A stretch of DNA of 59,136 nucleotides, counting the filler, from Sphacelaria rigidula (taxonomy: Eukaryota): the NCBI GenBank assembly GCA_964200075.2. It is 10 parts of 10 records of this genome, joined end to end, with 100 filler letters (N's around TTAATTAATTAA, not from the genome) between each part and the next. Parts side by side here need not be neighbours in the genome. Positions count along the whole stretch, not along the records: positions 47,391 to 53,213 come from CAXNAA020024186.1; positions 53,314 to 59,136 come from CAXNAA020024187.1; 8 more parts are not named here. One strand, given 5' to 3'. The translations under genes were made by a program, and so were the position numbers. Shown here in pieces: positions 50,100 to 59,136 of the stretch. A model generated the notes under the pieces. That model was not told the origin of the DNA. It saw only the letters and a list, made by a program, of their open reading frames with translations, and ran no database searches. The stretch's first letter is position 1, and every line of letters starts with the position of its first letter.

Positions 50100-52004
50100 G
50101 GTCCCGTCTTAACGAGACAAAAAATAAGAAGGAAATGATGAGAAGGAGAATGATATGACGGTTCAACACCTCATGATCACAAGAAATCGCTCGCCTTTTC
50201 TATCGGAGGCCACAAACATGATGAATGAGAATGACATTGTGATGAAGTGATAACAACACGCGGAAACACCAGGGATTCCCAGCAGGGCAGCCATTACGCG
50301 CAAGGCGAACCGCCATGTTCGCAGGGTCGGAACGCAGGCCGTCTCTCGCTCGATGAAGAAATGCAGCATTAGATGTAGCAGCACCAGTACCCGCACCAGG
50401 TGGTGTAGCCATGATTTCAACCGTACACAGCTGGTGGTGGTACAGCTGCTGCTGCTGCTGCTGTGGCGGCAGCTGCTGTTGCTTCTCTTCCTCGTGCGGG
50501 AAACGGTCCACGGTCGGGCCGTACGATAGTAGAGAGTTCAGGGAAAACGTTTTTCCCCATGAGTCAGAGTGGAAGGATAAATAGCCGGTTACGGTGCATA
50601 TTCCACTCTGGATTGATTTTCAGAGCGATTTTTTCAGAGTGAGAGTGCCGTTTGCACCACTTCACTACGAAAACCGTCATTCCTCTTCAGAGTTCATAGC
50701 GAATGGAAAAGAACCACGCCCACCTTCACCACTATGATCACGTTCAGTTCAAAGTCAAAACACCGGAACAAGCAAAGTGGGACACTCATCATCCATCAAA
50801 ACTGCCATACTCATCACAATGGGCCATTCACGAAGTAGAAAAGCTTAGTATCGCCTTCAGAAGACCTCCCTGACGCCGCCATGGTATCAGCTTTCGCTTG
50901 GTTGTGTTCCGTGAATATTCAAATGCTCGAGGGGTACACGTTGCCTTGGGTGCAGTTCCTCACTCTTGCCAGCTTCAGCTGAAAGGAGACGGTGGGAACG
51001 ATTCGTAGTCTACAGCGCACAAGCAGTACTACACCTGGCTGTATTCCCATCCCGTAAGAGATCATGAAGTCTTGCACCACCGTTATGGGTGGCATGTGGA
51101 AAAACCATCGCAATGCGACCGAGGTCGCTGTGTGAAAGTGCTGCGTACCGTATTGTCTGTACTACTGTTTGGACAACTGACTCGCCGTACGGTATCGCTG
51201 TACAGAAGTTCACCCAATCGCAATGCATTGTTGTACGGTTCTGTATAGCACACTGCACTGCACTGTACTCCACGCTGCACAGCACTACAGCACTACAGTG
51301 TCCTGTAGTGCGCCGTAGTGGATTGAAGTACAGCAGGTGCAGTGAAAAAGCGTGGTGCACGGTGCGTACGATGCCGCAGTGTACGGTACAGTCAGTGTTG
51401 TGCCGGCCGACGCACTTTTAAACTGGACGCTGGTCGATCGTACATTTGGCGGGGCAACTTGCGGCCAGTCACTGCGACAAAAAAAATCACATCAAGCCAC
51501 GTCACATCAGCTTCCGCTATGAACTTCTTCACGCCCACTGTGAAGTTTCCACGCTTCCACTCTGCACTTTGACTCTTTGATAAAACGAACATCTTCCGAA
51601 ACTCTCTCATGCCGATGCACTCTGCGCGTGGTGACTGCATGAAGTGGAACCCCTGCCCCGTCCTACTCGCGGATGAGGCCATATACTTGCTCCCTCAGCG
51701 ATGTGTTGAGAGATATAGCTGTACCCGTGCACCTCCGGTGTGTGGTCCCATGTGTGATCATGAGCCGAACAGCCCACACGTGGTAGCTATTTTTCGTTCC
51801 CTTCCGCTTTTCATCGGAATGCTCATCCGTTCTCACAGAAAATAATTCAACAATGATTACTCCTTGTGAGAATTATTTCGGGGGCGATGAGAACGGAGCA
51901 GTAGCCCTCAACCAATCAGGAGGGCAAGGAAGAAAAGAAGCGTGAACCACCAGAATCACGACCACCGTACGTTCTCATTTTCAATGTCTTAATAGAACGG
52001 GGCC
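50100..52004. mobile_element. Possible decayed PIF/Harbinger derivative (about 1.9 kb) with nested insertions
   Basis: Imperfect TIRs (GGTCCCGTCTTAACGAGACA vs GGCCCCGTTCTATTAAGACA, 14/20), TTA and TAA flanks; weak transposase-like peptides on the minus strand (REFRKMFVLSKS, FQLKLARVRNC). Confidence 0.35.
50530..50677 (+). mobile_element. Fragment of the TAGAGAG-terminated element lacking the M3 insertion
   Basis: Matches 23195-23228 joined to 23419-23540. Confidence 0.7.
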
Positions 52005-52059
52005 TAAGTGTAGCGCTCGTCACTGACGCTGAGGTTGTAAATGTCATTTTCTCTAGAGT

Positions 52060-52970
52060 AAGGGTATGTTTGATACGGTATGAGATTTCTCATAGATGTT
52101 ACAGAACTATCGAGTACCGGTACGAAAGTCTTACAGAAGTTACAGAACCTGTCAGGTGCGGAATGATGAGCTCACAGAACTCACGGAACTTGTCGGGTGA
52201 ACAACACCGAACCCGCAACCGGGTACTTCTAAGGGCATACCCGCGCGCCAGGTAACGTAACGATAAAAGCTTTGTACAGAACTTACAGCATTGTCGGGTA
52301 AGGGTGTGAAAGGCATTCGGAAGTCACAGAACTGTCGGGTACCGGTATGAAAATCTTGTAACTCTCGGGTACGGGTTATAGCCGGCAAAATACCCCAGGT
52401 ATACAGAAACCTACCCTACAGAAGATAACCTCGGACACGACCACCGTAAACGTCGATGATCTGGACCTTGCTACTTGATCTCCTTGGTGGCGCAGATGAA
52501 CCGCCCCCACTCGAGCCGCCACTCGGATGTGGGGGCCATTCTTTCTGACCGTCTGCATTGCTGCTTTTGTGTCGTGTTTCCGCTGATCCGTACCCCGTAA
52601 CCCTTTCAGTGTTTCAAAAGTTGCAGCATTTGTTGTGGGTGGGTGGCGTTAAATGAGGAAGGGGCGTTGAATTGATCGCGGTTTGAGGTACGAGCTCAGG
52701 GTATCAGATTGTGTCGGGATTAAGCGTGTATCTACACCTCCGGAAAATATCTGTGCTCGTACCTGCGTCGGGCATATCTACGAGGGGATACCCTAACCCG
52801 GGTAGGGGTATGGGAGGTTTACAGAACTTACCGAACAGTCGGGTAGGGGTATGAAAGTATTACAGAACTTCTAGAACTATCGGGTAACCGTATGAACGTC
52901 TCACAGAAGTTACAGAACTTGTCGGATAGGGTATGGAGGGTGCACAGAAAACCGCACCCGCAACCGGGTG
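52060..52970 (+). repeat. ACAGAAGTTACAGAACT-motif dispersed repeat (two tracts)
   Basis: Repeated TACAGAACTT..TCGGGTA motifs at 52060-52420 and 52790-52970. Confidence 0.65.
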
Positions 52971-53213
52971 TTCCCGTCGGACGCACCTTCTTTGAAAAAA
53001 AAAGAGGAGGGAAAACCTCTGTAAAAAATTGGCCCAAAAATAAAGGGTGGGGTATAGCCTGCTGGCTACGTTTGGAGTGTACTGCTAAGGACCCCAGTGC
53101 ACACACTCTTGAGGGAGTGGGGGAGACGAGTAACTCTAGGGTACGGTGAGAGTGACAACAATAGAGGTCCTGATGGAAGTCGATAGAGCGCTGGCAAGGG
53201 GAGTCGCCCTCCT

Positions 53214-53313
53214 NNNNNNNNNNNNNNNNNNNNNNNNNNNNNNNNNNNNNNNNNNNNTTAATTAATTAANNNNNNNNNNNNNNNNNNNNNNNNNNNNNNN
53301 NNNNNNNNNNNNN
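53214..53313. other. Artificial contig linker 9
   Basis: Same spacer. Confidence 0.98.
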
Positions 53314-53801
53314 TCACTGATTGACCGCTTTTTACTCTCAATTGTATCATCTACTCTCAATCTCACGAAAACACTGTTGAAAGTGCACGGAGGCGATGAT
53401 CGCAAAATGCTGTTAGAGCTAGTTTCGTGCTGCACGACGCGACGCATTCGGGCGTTTTAGGTGATTTCGGACTGCTACACGCCTCTCATGTGGGCGAAAT
53501 TGCTGAAAACGAGCCCAGTGTGTCAGTGGCATCGCAGCCGGTTTGTCGGACGGCCTCCGGGGCACTTTTTGTGTGTGTGTGGGGGGGGGGGGCTATCTCG
53601 GCATTGCTCTTAGATTTCACAAAATAATAGACGCCTTCGGTTCCAAGGTGCACCAATCACAACCAAGTATTGGAAAACAGAAAAACCATCGCCACCATAA
53701 GAGAACAGGCGAACGTCTTGTACCACCTTGATGACCCTCGTCAATGCGAGCCTTTTCGTGTTTGTCGTCTGATTTTTCTTTTTTTTTTTCAAAATAATGC
53801 A

Positions 53802-53972
53802 CACCCTGGACAATATATAGCCAATAGTTGCAATAGACACAAAATGTACCGAGTGAAAAATAAGCCTGCAGTGTTACAGCTTTTGTCAGCCTTCAATAGT
53901 TACAACAGGCCTATACTTTAGGCAGTACATTATCTGTCTATCGTAGCTGTTGACCATATGTTGTCCGGGGTG
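53802..53972. mobile_element. MITE family M2, copy 2
   Basis: CACCCTGGACAATAT ... ATATGTTGTCCGGGGTG. Confidence 0.65.
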
Positions 53973-54356
53973 AGTAAATACTGTAACACTGCTTCTCTGC
54001 CATACAGATCCCAAACTAAAATCTTCGCCAGCCAAAACGGCGAGGTGGTATAATAGACACAAAGCCCACACGAAGGGAAAAAATCCAAAACACACCACAA
54101 GAGAGGACGAAACCAAACCCTGCGACCCCTTACACTGAAGGGTGCTCATTTACAAGCGGGAAAGAGGCATGCACACCCAGTTCAAATGCGACGGTCGATC
54201 GGTCGATTCATGAATCAATCACATACATACTTCCTCCCTTGCCCGCACCCACCCACCCCCGACAAAAAAGCTTACCCCCCCCCCCTCGCCCAATAAAAAA
54301 GGTGCAACGGTAATCATGTTCCACACAAGATATAGTCACATCGCATACTCGTTCAC

Positions 54357-54578
54357 CTTCCGATCCCCGAGCCCGTTGAGAATCCCCGCAGCCTCCACGT
54401 TCCCACGTACGTCCTCGAAGGGTGTGTGAAAAAACGCCAGCTTGAAAAGCATCACCCCCAACGCCCAGATGTCCACCTTTTCGGTGACCCTATGCCCCTG
54501 AAACAGATCCACCTGCTCTGGCGATCGATACGCGGGTGTCGTATTCCGTCGTATCTCCTCATCCGCCGCGGCAATATC
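54357..54578 (-). CDS. NAK-family kinase exon (subdomains VIII-X): DIAAADEEIRRNTTPAYRSPEQVDLFQGHRVTEKVDIWALGVMLFKLAFFHTPFEDVRGNVEAAGILNGLGDRK
   Basis: 222 nt, phase 0-0, acceptor GGCAG, donor AAG/GTGAAC; EEIxxNTTPxYRxPExxDL and KxDIWALG are NAK (AAK1/BMP2K/GAK/Ark1) hallmarks; this exon is absent from the supplied ORF track. Confidence 0.93.
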
Positions 54579-54633
54579 CTGCCGGGTATATCGAGGACAT
54601 AATCACCATGAAAAGGGTCAGCGGGACAACGGG

Positions 54634-54999
54634 TAGAGCTCGGGAATGGTTTGTCTAACCATTAACCAGTTGAATGGTTACGCGTAGCGCAGTCATTAAC
54701 CAGTTGAATGGTACATGATGGTTTGGTCATCGAGCGGCGCAGTCGCGAGCCAAAAAGCCCCCCCGGTAGAGGGGACCCCGCCGTGCGGGAGGCACGTCTT
54801 CACACAATTTGGCTTCACGAGAGCTAAAAACTACGTTCAATTTGGGCCAATTTTCAAGGGCTGTATGTAGCATACGTAGCCGGTAACGGTAAATAACGGT
54901 TTGAAACCATTATTCATTTTTTTTCATACAACCATTACCATTATTACCATTGTTACCATTATAATGGCCAGTTATAACGGGTACCATTTTCGAGCTCTA
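54634..54999. mobile_element. hAT-like MITE in a kinase intron
   Basis: TIR TAGAGCTCG ... CGAGCTCTA; subterminal ACCATT repeats; 8-bp flanks ACAACGGG and ACGATAGG match at 5/8. Confidence 0.7.
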
Positions 55000-55256
55000 A
55001 CGATAGGGATGGGGGGGGGGGAAGGAGACGTGCTCTAATCTCTCATAGCTCGGTACGACTACACGACATCACATAGTTTTCAGGTATGGTGGTACGTGTG
55101 AAAAACACGAACTCGTGAGAAGCTTGACTGCAAGCCGCTACCCTTGAAAACCTCACTATGGATTGACAATGACACACACATACACATGAGACAAAAAAAA
55201 AAAAAAGGGAGCATAACCACGTGAAAGGAAACCAAAGCTCAACGGGCGTAGCGCAC

Positions 55257-55359
55257 CTGCGCGCCGTAGTAGGATCGATGTGTAGTGCTGCAGCTCCCAA
55301 AATCGCACAGCTTGATAAGGCCATCCCGACCCACCAGCAGATTATCCACTTTCAAGTCT
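55257..55359 (-). CDS. NAK-family kinase exon (VIb-VII): (R)DLKVDNLLVGRDGLIKLCDFGSCSTTHRSYYGAQ
   Basis: Acceptor GCACAG, donor CAG/GTGCGC; HRDLKxxN and KLCDFGS motifs. Confidence 0.93.
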
Positions 55360-55752
55360 CTGTGCGAGCGTGTGTGTGTGAAGGTCGTATGTATGCAAAA
55401 AATGATGGCATACAGGGATGTTTGGGATGGGCATGAGGCTATGTATCGTCGACAGTACGTGGTTGATGGGAAAGGGGTGGGCGCAAGGGGTTGGACGTAG
55501 GTCATGAGTTGGAGGAACAGTAACAGTAGACGCTTATCTTGAAAACAAAGTACTGTCGAACAAGGCTACATATTTTGCTTCCGTGAGGTACCCAAAACAA
55601 AAACCCTTGACGTTTCAATATTTCACGGGACAGACATCAACGGGTATAAGTACGGGGTGGATGGGGAGGGTTGATTGCCGGAATGCCCAAAGAGCATTCG
55701 TCAATGTTTTCAAAGATACACCACCACCGCCACGGATGAACGAAACAATTAA

Positions 55753-56005
55753 CGGTTAGGACAAATCATCACGACTACGAATCAACAAATCCACGAATTC
55801 TTCGGTCTGATTGTCCAAAAGGGAAAAAAAACTTGACCGCTGGTGCAAGGGATATCCACGCAACTTTTGCGCCATTCCACGTGTTTGGGCTGCGTGTACC
55901 TGGGTTGCAACGCTGAAAACGAAGCCTGGGGATTGATTTTTATGATTCGAATATGTTATACTAAAACCAAGTAATTTTCAGACGAATCGTTGATTTGTCC
56001 GACCC
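55753..56005. mobile_element. MITE family M4, copy in a kinase intron
   Basis: GGTTAGGACAAATCA ... TGATTTGTCCGACCC; reverse complement of 37262-37532. Confidence 0.65.
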
Positions 56006-56217
56006 TTGAAACAATTTAACGTGCGATTACGGTACTGCCCACGATTGAGGTACAGGGCCTCTTTGAATCAAGCAACCACCCGCGATCAAAAGGTACAGGC
56101 ACCTTACTTTTGACGTCACGGTAACCACTAACGATGAAGGTGCAGGTACCCTCATCACTGTTATCACCCTCGATTAAGGTACAATCAACCTACAATCAAC
56201 GTAGCAACCACGAGCAA

Positions 56218-57102
56218 CAGTAGTGGGCGGTCTAACTATTCATTTTGTGGCATTTTGTGATTTTTTCGTGATTGGCGATTTCGTCGGGTTCTTTTTGCTC
56301 GCCACCCCATATCACATTGCGAATCTGAAGATATGCATACCCGCTCCACATTTCAAGGAGAAAAAATCATCTGTACTTGATATTGAGTGACTTACGGGAT
56401 GACCGGTCATCGGGGGTCCTGCCACGTTTCAGCCCAGTTTTTTACTCTTCTGTATTTTCAAGGGCTATAAACGTTCACGTTACGTTCGTCACGTGAAAAA
56501 AAGTAACGTTCACGTTACGTGACGTGTCACGTAAAATATATAACGCTACGTTGACGTGACGTTCGAAAACTTGACGTTACGTTCATCACGTGAAAAAATA
56601 TTAACGTTCACGTTACGTTACGACCAAAACGTGAGTTGCACGTAACGTGTAACGCTATGGCACGTGTAACGTGTATAGCCCTGGCTATCCATGTACACGT
56701 TCACGCTCACGTTACCTTCATCACATTAAAAAAATTCAACGTTCACGTTACGTGACGTGTGTTACGTAAAAAAATATAATGCTACGTTATCGTTACATTT
56801 GAAAATTGAACGCTAAGTTTACGTTACATTCATCACGTGAAAGGATTCAACATCATCTGCCTACTCAGTGCGCCAGGGCCGAAAAACTGTGCTTCACGGT
56901 CAATAACACCCTCCTGATAAACGGGGCACTTACTCGTTTCGCCCGATAACACCAAGTAACACTGACTTGGGCACTGTGCTTCGAAGATGATCTGTTTTGT
57001 TGTATCAAAATCTACCGACGCTGACAATTTCGAGTTATATCGAAGAGTAGAACGTGAGGAAAACCCCGAAACATCCCTGAATAGTTAGACCGCCCACTAC
57101 TG
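56218..57102. mobile_element. MITE family M1, copy 3, interrupted by an ACGT-rich insertion
   Basis: Perfect TIRs CAGTAGTGGGCGGTCTAACTATTCA; interior colinear with copies 1 and 2 except about 56459-56855. Confidence 0.9.
56460..56845. mobile_element. ACGT-rich hAT-like MITE (AGGGCTATA ... TATAGCCCTG, ending 56683) plus a second fragment
   Basis: Short TIR and many AACGTTCACGTTACGT-type units. Confidence 0.65.
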
Positions 57103-57598
57103 TTCACGACCTGGCAGCACGGACTGCTTGCTACACCAGTAGGACACAGCCCACCCGCACTGCAAAGCACCTGTCGATACAACTTAATGGCGCTCTGAAT
57201 CGCACTAATAATCAAAAGGCAGGCAGCGCGATCGATAACTTGAAATCGAAAGTTTTTTTTTCCCCGGGCAGCGCCTCATCTTTCTCTCCTTGTTCGCTTT
57301 TCTCCTTCTGTTTTGGTTTGCTTCGACTCTGTTTTGTCCTCTTCCCCTCTCCCCCCATGTTTTCCGTTTATTCCGACTGTTTGTCCTACTCTTCTGCCCC
57401 CCCCCCGACAATTTTTCTCCGTTGTAGCAGGCATACTTATTGTTGTTCATCTCGAGAAGGTACGCCTATCTTGCAACCACGGCAAATCAATCAACCAATT
57501 CATCAATCGATCAATCAATCAACCAACCAACCAATCAAAAAGCCGAAGTCGACACACTTTGAAGAGTGTATGAAGCGTGCAGTCTCTTCCCGTCTTGC

Positions 57599-57702
57599 CT
57601 GTGCGCTATTGGAGGATTTCGACTGTGAAGATACAGGACCGCCATGAGGGTATCTCGGAAGATTAACAACACATCCTTCTCCGGCAGCAAGACTCCCTGA
57701 TC
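57599..57702 (-). CDS. NAK-family kinase exon (VIa): DQGVLLPEKDVLLIFRDTLMAVLYLHSRNPPIAH(R)
   Basis: Acceptor CACCAG; donor is non-canonical AG/GCAAGA; the phase-2 end joins the A of the next exon to give HRDLK. Confidence 0.88.
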
Positions 57703-58243
57703 CTGGTGACACAAAAACGGTCAACGCCGACGTGGAACACACACATACATGAAACGAGTTACGAAAACGTCAGTCAGGGCGTGGGAAGTACCTGACGGAG
57801 AATGAGGCCAACACTCACTGTGAATCGAGCAACCTTGCTACTTTCGACTAATCCGGAACCTGTAACCCTTCTCCGGCAAGGCGGTAATAACTGGCATGAA
57901 ATCTACTCTGACAAAGGAAGACACGGAATACGAGTTGCGATGCAGCAGCGGCTCATTCACAAAACACGAGGTCGTGATAAAACCAGCCTGGGCTTTTTTC
58001 CGAAGAAACAAAAGAAAGCGTTCAGCCTCAGTGACGACCGCTACACTGAAAGTCCAATAAAGTAAGCCATACTCAACCTTCGTACCGATCAGGTAAGATA
58101 CTCAGGCTGAGCACAATTTTCAGCTTCTTATGAACGGGCCAGACCTCCACTGCATGCTCGGAGAATAGAAGAAGGGGTCGGAGTACAAACAAAACTCCAA
58201 CACAGGTGTACTCTAGTACTGTACCCTACTGCACTGCACGTAC

Positions 58244-58417
58244 TTGGGCACCGCTCATCTTCCGGAGAACGTTGCTGGGGCAGTACTCCGACAAAATGTA
58301 ATATCGTATCTCGCTGTCGGCCTTGCTGATTCCCGCGTCATGAAATCGCACGATATTTGGATGATTCGTGGGCAGCGACCGAACCACAGACTGCTCCATT
58401 ATCGCCATCTCAGCAAC
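58244..58417 (-). CDS. NAK-family kinase exon (III-V): VAEMAIMEQSVVRSLPTNHPNIVRFHDAGISKADSEIRYYILSEYCPSNVLRKMSGAQ
   Basis: 174 nt, phase 0-0, acceptor TCAAAG, donor CAA/GTACGT; HPNIV and ILxEYC motifs. Confidence 0.9.
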
Positions 58418-59136
58418 CTTTGAAACATAGAAGATGAAAGGGAAGCGAGGGGGGGGGGGAGGTCGCCCACAAGCACGCATGAATCAATAATGACCACAAA
58501 AGCCTCCCACATAGGCCATACTGCACCGTGATTACCTTCGTCCCCCTCCCCTCACAAGACACCTGCACTGGGGGTCCCAACATAGTACGGTGGGTCGCCA
58601 GCGCCACATGACCGCACTACAGAGGAACCCCGTACCCTAGTGGTATAGTCGATTTCCTTGACCAGCGACGTGTCTCCTACCCCTCTCACTAGGGCAGACA
58701 ATTTTTCTTCTCCTACACGTGGTTGCCGGAGAAGGAATCTCAAACCTTGTGCCCGCGGGTCTGACAATAAGCAACAGACTGATCGCATGGTGAAAAAAAA
58801 GTGTCAGGGGTTGGGAAGTACCGTAGTACCGGTCGGTCTACCCGGTTCTCGGCCACCCAACCTCCTCTCCTCTCTCCCCGCCCCCCTCGCCCGCGTGTGC
58901 GAAAAATGGACCTTTACTCCATGGCAACACATGATTCTTGGAAAGAAGAACAAAAAATAATAGACGGCGAGAACAACAAAAAATAATAGACGGCGAGGGT
59001 TCCTCTTGTTGAGAGCTTTGCAATGTTGTAAATGCAACATGTCTCGAGATCCCCCCCCCCCCCCCGGCCCGGTTTTATCTGGTGCGGCGGGGAACCCGGG
59101 GGGTCCCTGCCGGCCTTTGGGGGGGGGAAGGCCGCG

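Overview
This window is not one contiguous locus. It is ten blocks (six of 5824 bp, then four of 5823 bp) joined by identical 100-nt linkers (N44-TTAATTAATTAA-N44), most likely small unplaced contigs sorted by length and concatenated. The DNA is eukaryotic, intron-rich and dominated by repeats; short exons, long TE-filled introns and a plastid-type NDC1 gene suggest a brown alga or related stramenopile (inference). Host genes are all partial: two 3' exons of a UPRTase-like gene (+, block 1), four exons of an NDC1-like type II NAD(P)H dehydrogenase (-, block 3), one low-complexity exon of unknown function (+, block 6), and four exons of a NAK-family (AAK1/GAK/Ark1-like) kinase with a GC-AG intron (-, block 10). 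Mobile DNA includes a decayed RTE-like LINE, Ty3/gypsy gag-protease and RT fragments in opposite orientations, tRNA-derived SINE-like elements, and many MITEs (Tc1/mariner-like with TA TSD, PIF/Harbinger-like, hAT-like, Sola-like with 4-bp TSD, and long foldbacks). An unclassified element with a peptide-repeat ORF occurs in blocks 2 and 6. I found no CRISPR array, rRNA, intact tRNA or prokaryotic operon, and no convincing intact novel system. The best leads are the unclassified element, the Sola-like MITEs and the apparent inversion inside the gypsy element. All family assignments come from motif recognition by eye, not database searches.
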